Virus record (IMG/VR): IMGVR_UViG_3300038675_000477
Coordinates: 1-48,255 of that record
Direction: 5' to 3' (one strand)
From: a virus
Taxonomy: Duplodnaviria; Caudoviricetes
Length of the DNA stretch: 48,255 nucleotides
How positions within the stretch are numbered: the first letter of the stretch is position 1; every line of letters starts with the position of its first letter. Below, one piece after another: positions 39,303 to 47,969 of this stretch. The position numbers and the translations under genes are program-made. Under the pieces are notes generated by a model. That model did no database searches. It was not told where the DNA came from and saw nothing but the letters and a program-made list of their open reading frames with translations.

Positions 39303-40700
39303 ATGTCAATAAAATCAATATTAGACGAAATTGCTTCAATTGGAAGCACTAACGAAAAAGTAAAAATTCTTTCAAAATATAAAGATGACTCAACTTTAAA
39401 GAGAGTCCTCTATCTTGCTTACTCAAAGCGAGTAAAGTTTTACATCAAACAGATTCCTAAATACACATTTGATCCAAACTTTGAGCATATAACATTAGAG
39501 CATGCTTTAAAACTACTTGATAAATTGTCAACTAGAGAATTCACAGGTAATCAAGGAATAGAATGGCTACAAAACATTCTAAATTCTCTTAAATCTGATG
39601 ACGCTATAGTTATTGAAAGAATAATTGATAAAGATTTGCGTATCGGAATGAATCGCTCTCTTATCAATAGAGTATTCAAAGACCTCATAGAAAAAACTCC
39701 TTATATGGGAGCAATTCCTTACGATTTAGAAAAAGTAAAGAAAATATTTGAAAAAGGTGGAAAAGGAATCAGCCAAATTAAAATGGATGGTACCTATCGT
39801 AATGCTATAATAAGAGTAGGAGAAGTAGAACTTGAAACACGAAGTGGAGAGGTTTCTCATATTCAAGACGCTAATTTCCTCAATGAGCTGAGTCAATTTG
39901 ATGACTGTGTTTTAAATGGAGAATTAACTATTCCTGGAGTACATAGATACGTTGCGAATGGCATGGTTGCTTCTATAGTAGATATAGAAGAGAAGAGAGA
40001 AGAGAGAGGAAATGATGAAACTCAAAAGAAAATAGAACAATTTGAAAAGAGAAATCCAGACTGGACTTATGAACGTGCTGTAAATAGCATTGTATACACG
40101 GTTTGGGATCAAATTACAATTGAAGAATATTTTAAGAAAAGATCGACTCGTCCATACAGCAATAGACTAAATATAATTAAGTCTGACTTGCATGCATTTA
40201 ATTGTACACAAGTTCATTTAGTTGAAACCAGAGAAGTTAATTCAATAGAAGAAGTACTTGCTCATTTTGAAGAAGCTCTAAATAGAGGAGAAGAAGGAAC
40301 GGTTCTTAAATCAGCTTATGGTGAATGGAAAGACGGAAAACATAACTGGCAGATTAAAATAAAATTAGAAATGACAATTGATCTTAAAATTGTCGGATGT
40401 AATTATGGAACAGGAAAGAATTCAGAGCTTATTTCATCACTTAATTGTGAATCATCTGATGGTTTAGTTAAAACTCGTCCTGCTGGAATAAGTGAAGATG
40501 ATATGAAATACATAACAGAAAACCAAGATAAATTGATCGGTACAATAATTGAGTGTAAATGTTCTGGATTATCAAAAGATAGCGAAGGAAATCATTCTCT
40601 ATTACATCCAGTATTTAAGAGTTTTAGAAGTGATAAAGATACTTGTGATTCATTAGAATCTATTAAGAAGATTGAAAATGCATGTAAAGGATTAAAATAG
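39303..40700 (+). CDS. ATP-dependent DNA ligase (T4 gp30-like)
   Basis: QIKMDG (motif I), VLNGEL, GEEGTVLK and QIKIK motifs, plus OB-fold SLLHPVFKSFRSDK. Start set at ATG 39303. Confidence 0.92.
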   Translation: MSIKSILDEIASIGSTNEKVKILSKYKDDSTLKRVLYLAYSKRVKFYIKQIPKYTFDPNFEHITLEHALKLLDKLSTREFTGNQGIEWLQNILNSLKSDDAIVIERIIDKDLRIGMNRSLINRVFKDLIEKTPYMGAIPYDLEKVKKIFEKGGKGISQIKMDGTYRNAIIRVGEVELETRSGEVSHIQDANFLNELSQFDDCVLNGELTIPGVHRYVANGMVASIVDIEEKREERGNDETQKKIEQFEKRNPDWTYERAVNSIVYTVWDQITIEEYFKKRSTRPYSNRLNIIKSDLHAFNCTQVHLVETREVNSIEEVLAHFEEALNRGEEGTVLKSAYGEWKDGKHNWQIKIKLEMTIDLKIVGCNYGTGKNSELISSLNCESSDGLVKTRPAGISEDDMKYITENQDKLIGTIIECKCSGLSKDSEGNHSLLHPVFKSFRSDKDTCDSLESIKKIENACKGLK

Positions 40701-40724
40701 AATACAAAAAAAAATAACAAAAGT

Positions 40725-40925
40725 ATGTATTATTTAGGTAGAGTAAAATTTGAAATCGTAAATGACGATAATGGAAGAATTCGCACAATGAAAGAGCAAT
40801 ATTTAATTGAAGGCGAAACAATAGAAAATGCTACTGAAAAATTAAGAAAAGAGTTTAAGGACACTTTAGCTGAATTTTCAATTGAGAAAATAGAAGAATC
40901 TAAGATTGTTGGAATTATAAAATAA
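40725..40925 (+). CDS. DUF4494-like small protein
   Basis: RVKFE..NGRIRTMKEQYLIEG..A resembles the Bacteroidota DUF4494 N-terminal unit. Confidence 0.6.
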   Translation: MYYLGRVKFEIVNDDNGRIRTMKEQYLIEGETIENATEKLRKEFKDTLAEFSIEKIEESKIVGIIK

Positions 40926-40931
40926 ATCAAG

Positions 40932-41204
40932 ATGACACGACTTAAAACAAAAATTGCTGAACAAATTTATTCAGTTTTAGAAAAGTACGCTGAGGCTAGC
41001 AATAAGTATTACGACAGAGAAGGATTTATTTTTTGTTTTGGAGTTATTCCTGACGCTCCTTCTAGTTTTGAATTAGAATGTATGGATGGAAAATCAAGAT
41101 CCATACAATATGATGGAAGTGAAATGATTATGATTGGTAAAGGAGCAGATCGTGTAAATTCTATCATTAAAAAAATAATAAGTAATGAGCACATTACTTC
41201 CTAG
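40932..41204 (+). CDS. Hypothetical protein
   Basis: Clean ORF in the operon. Confidence 0.6.
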   Translation: MTRLKTKIAEQIYSVLEKYAEASNKYYDREGFIFCFGVIPDAPSSFELECMDGKSRSIQYDGSEMIMIGKGADRVNSIIKKIISNEHITS

Positions 41205-41796
41205 AATGAAAAGTCTTGTTCAGTTTCATAAAATGGTAGAAATTGGAGGTGCGTTTATGCGTGAGGATGAAACGCAACAACAGCTTCGAGCAATGAGTAG
41301 CATAGATAAAATTAAAGACATTGAACCTATGCATGAGACTAAATCAATGCCAACTCCAACAAATAACATCGACCTTTTCATAAAAGTCCCGCTTATTAAA
41401 GGAGATGATTATCCTATGCAACTATTCAATGATCTATCTAAAAAGATAGAATTTTTGGCTAGAGAAAACAAAAAATGGCCAGATGTTTTAACATTCACAG
41501 GTCATTTAGGAAAAGAAGTCATTGATTTTATAGAAAAGAAAGGATGGGACTTTTCTAAATTTACGATACACTACGAAAAAGCTTCTTATGATAAATTAAT
41601 TATATCTTATTCTAAAAAACTAACACAAATAGAGGACAATTCTGAACCTATACGTGATAGTTTAGATGGAAAGATGATAGAAGGAATTCCGGGTCCAAAA
41701 ACTACTCAAAAAATAATCGATTATTCTATTGGAGGAATCGGTTATAAATTAGAACGCGAAATTGACCCAAAATTAGAAATTAAGTTGGTTAGATAA
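41185..41796 (+). CDS. Hypothetical protein
   Basis: Clean ORF in the operon. Confidence 0.6.
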   Translation: MSTLLPRMKSLVQFHKMVEIGGAFMREDETQQQLRAMSSIDKIKDIEPMHETKSMPTPTNNIDLFIKVPLIKGDDYPMQLFNDLSKKIEFLARENKKWPDVLTFTGHLGKEVIDFIEKKGWDFSKFTIHYEKASYDKLIISYSKKLTQIEDNSEPIRDSLDGKMIEGIPGPKTTQKIIDYSIGGIGYKLEREIDPKLEIKLVR

Positions 41797-41853
41797 TAAT
41801 TATTTGATTTTTTTATTAGCCTTTATAATAAATAATTAAAATAATTACACGTG

Positions 41854-43173
41854 ATGCGTTTTAAATCATATTTACAAAGTTTTTCAAAATTCTCAGGATC
41901 TGAAATGATCAGTGAGATGGCTAGTTCTTTAACTAAGTTAGGTGTTCCTAAAAAATTAATGCAAGCAATCCACCAATTAGAAGGTAAAAAAGTTAGATTT
42001 GGTTATCGTGCAGATAAGCAATACGATTTAGAAACTGGAGAAGAGCTTAGTGGATTTAGAACTGCTTTTCAAGATGAAAAATACAGAGAACAAAATAAAA
42101 ATTTACCTGCAGGTCGTAAAATGAAGACACGAGCAGGTGGAGATTTTCCTACTAGACAAGATTATAGAATGTCACATGACGTTGAATTAGTTGGACAACC
42201 TAAACGAGGAAGAAATAAGATATATCACTATTTAACACAAGAGCTAGATCCTAAAAAAGATATGGACGTTAAATTACTACTATATTGTCCAGAATCTCCT
42301 GCTGATGATGAAGGAAATGTAAAACGTGATACTTGGTTTTATATTAATAAAAAGACAGGTAAATTAACTGATGATGAAAAGAAACAATTCATAAGAGATC
42401 TAAATACAAATAATCCAGACTATCTTAGAGAAAGAGGAGTAAATGTTAATAGTAATCTATTTAATGATCCATTTGCTATGAGAGAAGCATGTAGAAGACT
42501 AGAAATATCTAATAAACGCGGTCTCTATTTAAGAGGAGCAATGATAGATCCTAGAACTGATACTCCTGTTATATTATGGTTAGGAACTATTGGTCAGCTT
42601 ATGGATCTGTATATTCTTAAAAATAAAGATATCACAAGTCCAGACCAAGAGCCTGTTCTTTACATCATGCAAGAAGAAACTAGAGCTCATGAAACTAAAG
42701 AAACTAGAAAAGCTAGTAAAATCTATACTAATGAACAATTTTTAGACTATTTTATTACTCATTATTCTAAATTAGCAGATAAGTTTTTCTCTTCTGGAAA
42801 GAAAGAAAAAGAAGATGAGATTACTATGTTATTGGGTACAATTACACGAGAAAATAGAGAAGAGGTAAATAATAGAATCGCAGAAATTGAAGATGAATTA
42901 AATGAACATCCTAGTATAGCTAAAGAACAATTATCTACTAAGTTGAATGGATTTTTAAAATATTTAAAAGATGATGAGATGGCTGAGTATAAAGATAGTG
43001 AGAGTAGATATGGTCAAGCTGATTTAACTGATGTCATAAATAAACATAAAGATGATATAAATACAGTAGCATCAATGTTTTTACAATTCATTATAATGGG
43101 CAAAGTAATCACTCCGGTTTATACTACAAACTACATTAAAAAATTAGGATTAGAACAGTTATTTGATTTTTAA
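41854..43173 (+). CDS. Hypothetical protein with a capsid-targeting-like leader
   Basis: MRFKSYLQSFSKFSGSEMISE leader, preceded by AATAAATAAT. Confidence 0.7.
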   Translation: MRFKSYLQSFSKFSGSEMISEMASSLTKLGVPKKLMQAIHQLEGKKVRFGYRADKQYDLETGEELSGFRTAFQDEKYREQNKNLPAGRKMKTRAGGDFPTRQDYRMSHDVELVGQPKRGRNKIYHYLTQELDPKKDMDVKLLLYCPESPADDEGNVKRDTWFYINKKTGKLTDDEKKQFIRDLNTNNPDYLRERGVNVNSNLFNDPFAMREACRRLEISNKRGLYLRGAMIDPRTDTPVILWLGTIGQLMDLYILKNKDITSPDQEPVLYIMQEETRAHETKETRKASKIYTNEQFLDYFITHYSKLADKFFSSGKKEKEDEITMLLGTITRENREEVNNRIAEIEDELNEHPSIAKEQLSTKLNGFLKYLKDDEMAEYKDSESRYGQADLTDVINKHKDDINTVASMFLQFIIMGKVITPVYTTNYIKKLGLEQLFDF

Positions 43174-43176
43174 ATA

Positions 43177-43206
43177 AAAAAAAGGGGATTTAAATCCCCT
43201 TTTTTT
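43177..43206. terminator. Bidirectional terminator (perfect palindrome)
   Basis: A7-GGGGATTTAAATCCCC-T7 between convergent genes. Confidence 0.9.
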
Positions 43207-43507
43207 ATTCTGCAGAAGGATCTTTATCCTTGTCTTTATCCTTATTTATAAAAGCATTATATACATTTACAATTTTTCCACCTAATACATAACTAGCAAA
43301 TAGAGTCATTGCATATTTTAATGCATCTATTATTATTTGAAAATTGTTAATATCAATGTCACTCTTTCTTATACCAGCAACTGTTAATACTCCAATAGTT
43401 CCATAATAAACGATTACTGAAATGGCAAGATATACTCGTCCTTGTGAGTATTTTCCATTCTGCTTAAGTAAATCATCTATGGCTTTTAAAATTTTATTCT
43501 TTTCCAT
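43205..43507 (-). CDS. Two-TM small membrane protein (holin-like candidate)
   Basis: GKYSQGR followed by two hydrophobic helices and a charged KD-repeat tail. Confidence 0.55.
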   Translation of the reverse strand: MEKNKILKAIDDLLKQNGKYSQGRVYLAISVIVYYGTIGVLTVAGIRKSDIDINNFQIIIDALKYAMTLFASYVLGGKIVNVYNAFINKDKDKDKDPSAE

Positions 43508-43585
43508 AACTATGTTTATTTTTATTTATTTTTATTTGAAGATGAAAATGAGTATATTATAATTACAGTATTTAAAATCGAAGCG

Positions 43586-44494
43586 ATGAAAGACGACAGA
43601 AGAATAAAGGTAGGTAGAGAAAGTGGCACTAGATTTACTATGCGAAATGATATCATTGATAAGTATATGAATGAAATCAGTAAATATAAAGTGTTAACAT
43701 CAGACGAGGAATTTGAGCTCGCTGTAAAATCTGCAAATGGAGACCTTAAAGCCAGAGAGGCAATTGTTCTTTCTAATTTAAGATTCGTTATAAGTGTTGT
43801 TAAAGTATATTCTGGAAATGATAGATATCTTTTTGAAGATCTAATAAATGAAGGAAATATGGGATTAGTTGAAGCAGCTGAAACGTACAATCCTAATACA
43901 GGATTTAAATTTATATCATATGCAGTATGGTTCATTAGAAAGAATATATCGAAATATTTTGCTAATACTAATAGGATGGTTAGACTTCCTATGAATAAGC
44001 ATAATAATGTGAATAAGATGAGAGAAATAGAGAATCAGCTATCTCAAGAATTACAAAGAGATCCATCATTTGAAGAAATATTTGAAAGGTTGGATCAATA
44101 TTATAAAGAAAGAGGTCTCATTATTAAACCCAGCGAACTTAAATTAGCAATGGCAGGAGATGCTAGATCTTCTAGATTAGAAGGAGAAACATTAGAAGGA
44201 GAACATGAAATGATTTTTCCTATTGATAGAATAAATGGAGATATCAATACTGATTTAGATAAAAGTGATAAAGAAGAAGCTTTCATGTACTTTTTAAATA
44301 AAGAATTAGATAGATTAACTGAAAAAGAACGTGAAATATTTAAAATGAAGCATGGAATTTCACCATATACTGAAAATTCTTTTTCAACTATTGCTGAAAA
44401 ATATGAAATAACTGGACAGTCTGTAAGGTTGATCTGCAAACGCATTGAGAGCAAATTGAAAAAAAGAATGGAAAAATATTTTGAAAAAATTTAA
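43586..44494 (+). CDS. Sigma-70 family factor of the primary (RpoD/RpoS-like) type lacking region 1.1
   Basis: DKYMNEISK..LTSDEEFELA (region 1.2), NLRFVISV, DLINEGNMGL and GFKFISYAVWFIR (region 2), RMVRLPMN, and a region 4 HTH. Confidence 0.92.
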   Translation: MKDDRRIKVGRESGTRFTMRNDIIDKYMNEISKYKVLTSDEEFELAVKSANGDLKAREAIVLSNLRFVISVVKVYSGNDRYLFEDLINEGNMGLVEAAETYNPNTGFKFISYAVWFIRKNISKYFANTNRMVRLPMNKHNNVNKMREIENQLSQELQRDPSFEEIFERLDQYYKERGLIIKPSELKLAMAGDARSSRLEGETLEGEHEMIFPIDRINGDINTDLDKSDKEEAFMYFLNKELDRLTEKEREIFKMKHGISPYTENSFSTIAEKYEITGQSVRLICKRIESKLKKRMEKYFEKI

Positions 44495-44563
44495 AAAAAA
44501 ATTTTAATAATTCAAAAACTTTTATAATTATTTTAGTATAATATAATAAAAAAATATTATTGT

Positions 44564-45085
44564 ATGAAAAAAATTGATAAAAAGTTAATTAAACATTTGT
44601 TTGAACAGGCATTTAAAGATGAAGATTTAATAAAATTATTAAATATTCAAAAAGATCCTTCTAAAAATAAAGAAAATTATACTATTAATATTTCTATAAC
44701 ATCAGATGAGGATCGAATTATTAATTTAATGAAAATTAATAAAAATCTTGAATATCGTATTATATCAGATTTAAAAGATTTTATTTTAAAGAAAGCTTTA
44801 GATCATGCTTATTTAAATAAAAAATTAATAAACAAAAATGAAATATCAGAAATTGCTTCAGATGAATTAGTAATAGGAGGAAGTGGTGCTCTGGTAGATT
44901 TACCTGATCATTTAACTAAAGTATTAGATTATAATAAAAAATTCGAAGATACTTCTGTACTTATCACTAAAAAACTGAATTTATTTATAGACTACACTTC
45001 AATTAGTTTACAAGTAATAAGCATGGATAAATTTGCACCACAATTGAATCTTAAATTTAGTTTTTGTATAGAAGGATCTAATTGA
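44564..45085 (+). CDS. Hypothetical protein (frame stays open for 57 codons past the TGA, to 45259)
   Basis: ORF track plus manual translation beyond the stop. Confidence 0.6.
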   Translation: MKKIDKKLIKHLFEQAFKDEDLIKLLNIQKDPSKNKENYTINISITSDEDRIINLMKINKNLEYRIISDLKDFILKKALDHAYLNKKLINKNEISEIASDELVIGGSGALVDLPDHLTKVLDYNKKFEDTSVLITKKLNLFIDYTSISLQVISMDKFAPQLNLKFSFCIEGSN

Positions 45086-45297
45086 ATTATACAAGACATT
45101 AAATTACAATTTGATCAGCTACCTATTTCATTTAGAAATTCATTAATTGAATTATTTTCAAATAAAGAAACTGAAATTAGAAAAGAGTTAGAAAATTTTC
45201 CATTAAATTTTCAACACACAGATTCTAATTATCAATTAAATATTAATAATGTTGAATAGTTTGATTTTTTACTTCAAATAAATAATAATAAAAAATA

Positions 45298-45524
45298 ATG
45301 GAAAAATTAAAAAGATTTAATGAAAACTATGATAATAGTATAATTAAAAAATTATAGATGAAATAATAACATCTGACTATTATGATGGTGATTTAAGTGA
45401 TTTTGGAAACACTATTGGTATAATAGTAGGTAAATATATATCAGATAATTTAGGATTTGAAAAAGATGATTTTATTAGTGGAATTGAACATGGTATATCT
45501 ATATCTAATGAAACTCATTTTTAA
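45298..45524 (+). pseudogene. Small gene interrupted by a 1-nt frameshift in an A6 run
   Basis: MEKLKRFNENYDNSIIKK, then a shift at 45346-45351, then IIDEIITSDYYDGDLSDFGNTIG..ETHF-stop. Preceded by AATAAATAATAAT. Confidence 0.6.
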
Positions 45525-45537
45525 TTAAATTAATAAT

Positions 45538-46236
45538 ATGTGGCAATTTCCAAGTGAATTCGTTCCAACATTGGATCAACAGAAAGTAGCAGAAATATTT
45601 CATAATAATGGTTTATGGACTGCTAGAATGGTAGGATTTAGTAAAAGTACTTATAAGAGCGATCATCCATACAATGATGTCTATTTTAATGCTAATATCA
45701 TAACTATAAATTATGGAAAAGTTTGGTATGGAGATTTAGACATAGATGTAGATAGAGACAAACTCATTTGTGTGGCTAAAGAAATTGGAGAACCTCTATT
45801 TGTTCTTTATGAGATGGACGCTAGATTTGAGAATGAACATCAATCTATCGAAACTCTTGTTAAAAAAGCACAAGTTACTATTACTCCAAGTGGAGAAATA
45901 ACATCCAGAAATAGAGAGATTTTAGACAAGTGGAAGGAATCTGGAGAAAATCCATATAAGAAGACAATTATTCCATTAGATAAGAAACAGCTTTCTAAAA
46001 TAGTTAATCTATTTATTGAATGGCAATTGAATATAGTTGGTCTAACATTCAAGGAGGCAGTTGAGGTTAACAAGGCGGAATGGTTTGATAAATATACTAT
46101 AACTACTAATCAAGATAAAGAATTCAACGAGAGGGCTTCTAAATACCTCAAGAGATACTACAAACTGGATGAGGATCAAGTCAGAAAATTACTCGGAGAA
46201 TTCAACCTTTTCTACGGATTACGAATAATAGATTAA
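45538..46236 (+). CDS. Hypothetical protein
   Basis: Clean 232-aa ORF containing GKVWYGDLD. Confidence 0.7.
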   Translation: MWQFPSEFVPTLDQQKVAEIFHNNGLWTARMVGFSKSTYKSDHPYNDVYFNANIITINYGKVWYGDLDIDVDRDKLICVAKEIGEPLFVLYEMDARFENEHQSIETLVKKAQVTITPSGEITSRNREILDKWKESGENPYKKTIIPLDKKQLSKIVNLFIEWQLNIVGLTFKEAVEVNKAEWFDKYTITTNQDKEFNERASKYLKRYYKLDEDQVRKLLGEFNLFYGLRIID

Positions 46237-46261
46237 GGGACAAGCGTCCCTTAATCTATTA
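46226..46261. terminator. 16-bp hairpin between convergent genes (possible terminator, no T-tract)
   Basis: TAATAGATTAAGGGAC-AAGC-GTCCCTTAATCTATTA. The arms include both stop codons. Confidence 0.6.
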
Positions 46262-46568
46262 CGATAACTTTCTTACTTTTCTTACTCTCAGGTAAGACAA
46301 TCTTTAATACACCATCTTCCTGTTTAGCTTTTATAGAATCAGTATCGATTTCGTCAGGAATCATGAAAGATTTGACGAATGATTTTTTATAGTAAGAGTC
46401 TTCATCATTCTTTCCTTCTACAGTTAGACGATTGTTCTTTACTTCGATGCTGATCTCATCCTTTTTAAAACCAGGAATGTGTAATACTAATTCATAAGAG
46501 TCTCCTTCTTTTTTAGAATAATAAGGAACTCTAGGTTCACCGAAAAAATTAAACATTAATTCATTCAT
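46251..46568 (-). CDS. Small heat-shock protein (Hsp20/alpha-crystallin)
   Basis: IPGFKKDEISIEVKNNRLTVEG..SFVKSFMIPDEID..IKAKQEDGVLKIVLP. Start set at ATG 46568. Confidence 0.92.
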   Translation of the reverse strand: MNELMFNFFGEPRVPYYSKKEGDSYELVLHIPGFKKDEISIEVKNNRLTVEGKNDEDSYYKKSFVKSFMIPDEIDTDSIKAKQEDGVLKIVLPESKKSKKVIVID

Positions 46569-46597
46569 AGTTGTATTGATTTTTTTTTGCATATTAG

Positions 46598-46668
46598 ACA
46601 AAAATAATGCCAATGCAAAATGGATGACATTTTGACACATAATTCATATTTTATTGTGTCATAATGAC
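46598..46668 (-). promoter_or_regulatory. Sigma-54-like -24/-12 promoter with upstream TGTCA/TGAC repeats for hsp20
   Basis: Minus strand TGGCATTATTTTTGT has the exact GG-N10-G spacing. Upstream are TGTCAAAATGTCA and GTCATTATGACA. Confidence 0.55.
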
Positions 46669-46716
46669 TTATGACGAATAAAGCATAAAGAAATAAAAGC
46701 TATAAAAGAAAATCAT

Positions 46717-46801
46717 TACGATATGGTCGAGTGGTTAATGGCGCATCTCTCATAAGGATGTTCACTTATGTGATTCATCGGTTCGAATCCGATTATCGTA
46801 A
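46717..46801 (+). tRNA. tRNA with CAU anticodon and a long (type II) variable arm
   Basis: Acceptor TACGATA/TATCGTA, D-loop AGTGGTTAA, anticodon arm CATCT-CTCATAA-GGATG, V-arm TCAC-TTAT-GTGA, T-arm ATCGG-TTCGAAT-CCGAT, A73, no encoded CCA. Confidence 0.85.
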
Positions 46802-46895
46802 CATTAAAAAGGCTTAGATCTCTTGCTTCCTTCTAAAACCAATCAATCCGAAAATTTGACTCAATAGCAAGATCAATTTCCTTTTTAAAATATAT

Positions 46896-46986
46896 TGCGG
46901 ACATGAAGGCTGGTGATGATGCCTCAGTAGTCTCATAAGCTATTAACCCATTGAGGGTGTGACAGGTTTGATTCCTGCGTCCGCAA
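46896..46986 (+). tRNA. Second, atypical CAU tRNA with a long variable arm
   Basis: Acceptor TGCGGAC/GTCCGCA, D-stem AGGC/GCCT, anticodon arm GTAGT-CTCATAA-GCTAT, V-arm ACCC-ATTGA-GGGT, T-arm CAGG-TTTGATT-CCTG. Confidence 0.65.
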
Positions 46987-46995
46987 CTGTGAACA

Positions 46996-47140
46996 TTTTG
47001 TACCTTTTAAAGGATAAATGAATTTTTAAAATACAACTAAGAGGACTATTATTATTCTTCCTTCTTTAATAATGTGGATCTATGTGTCGGCTGTTCGAAT
47101 CAGTCTGTATGGTCATTTTTGTACCTTTTAATGGATAAAT
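46996..47140 (+). repeat. 24-nt direct repeat (46996-47019 and 47117-47140)
   Basis: TTTTGTACCTTTTAA(A/T)GGATAAAT, 23/24 identical. Confidence 0.85.
47089..47115 (+). pseudogene. tRNA 3' remnant (T-arm only)
   Basis: GGCTG-TTCGAAT-CAGTC with no recognisable 5' half. Confidence 0.45.
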
Positions 47141-47161
47141 AAAATAAAACGTTATTTTATC

Positions 47162-47908
47162 ATGCCGAGAAAAGAGAAGAAGTTTCACTTCATATACAAA
47201 ACGACTAATACTATCACTGGAAGATACTATTACGGTATGCATTCTACAAGTAATTTAGAAGATGGATATCTAGGCTCTGGTAAAAGGCTTAGATACTCTG
47301 TTAATAAATACGGAGAAGATGCTCATCAAAGAGAAATTTTAGAATTTTATAATACTAGAGAAGATTTAGCAAAAAGAGAAAGAGAGATTGTCAATCTAAA
47401 TGAAATTGCTAAAGAAGATTGTATGAATATTAAAATAGGAGGAGAAGGTGGAGGAGGATTTTATAATGAAGAACATAGAAAGAAAATGACATATTTAGGA
47501 ATTAAAGCATTTCAGAAAAAAATTAAAGAAGATATAGAATTTAGAGAAAAATTTTGTAAAGCAATTTCTAAATCTTTAACTGGAGAAAAAAATCCAATGT
47601 ATGGAAAAAAACATTCTGATATTTCTAAAAGAAAATTAAGTATATCTAATAAAGGATCAAATAATTCGCAATATGGGACGTGTTGGATCAATAAAGATGA
47701 TAAATCTATAAAGATTAAAAAAGAAGAATTACAAGAATATCTAAATAGAGGATGGAATAAAGGAAGAACTATTCCTAAATTGAGAAAAGATAATAATATT
47801 ACTAAAATATGTCCAAACTGTGGAATAAAATTTATAGTATGGTACAATAAAAGAAATACGATATGCTGCAGTCATAAATGTGGTCAATCTTTTAGACATA
47901 AAAAATAA
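47162..47908 (+). mobile_element. GIY-YIG homing endonuclease (Seg-like) with NUMOD3 and a C-terminal Zn ribbon, inside the tRNA cluster
   Basis: FIYKTTN..RYYYGMH..GYLGSG..KYG..REILE..E..CMN, GEKNPMYGKKHS and CPNCG..CCSHKC. Confidence 0.9.
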
Positions 47909-47913
47909 TAAAA

Positions 47914-47933
47914 GTAGCTCAGTTGGTAGAGCA
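47914..47933 (+). pseudogene. tRNA 5' remnant (D-arm only)
   Basis: GTAGCTCAGTTGGTAGAGCA with no anticodon arm or T-arm. Confidence 0.6.
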
Positions 47934-47969
47934 ATAGAATTTTATAGAATATTAAATTGCCTCTTTTAC

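Noticed and set aside
46810-46875. Possible structured ncRNA between the two CAU tRNAs (TCTTGCT...AGCAAGA pairing)
   Set aside because: Only one short stem and no covariation evidence, so it cannot be supported from this window alone.
152-47847. Many short antisense or nested ORFs in the track (e.g. 3492-3875, 18686-19027, 30281-30667, 43522-43935)
   Set aside because: They lie wholly within better-supported genes and have no recognisable motifs or independent signals.
47089-47933. Permuted or endonuclease-split single tRNA formed from the remnants flanking the GIY-YIG gene
   Set aside because: The order is 3' piece then 5' piece, and I find no complementary acceptor strands or anticodon arm. 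Independent remnants are simpler.
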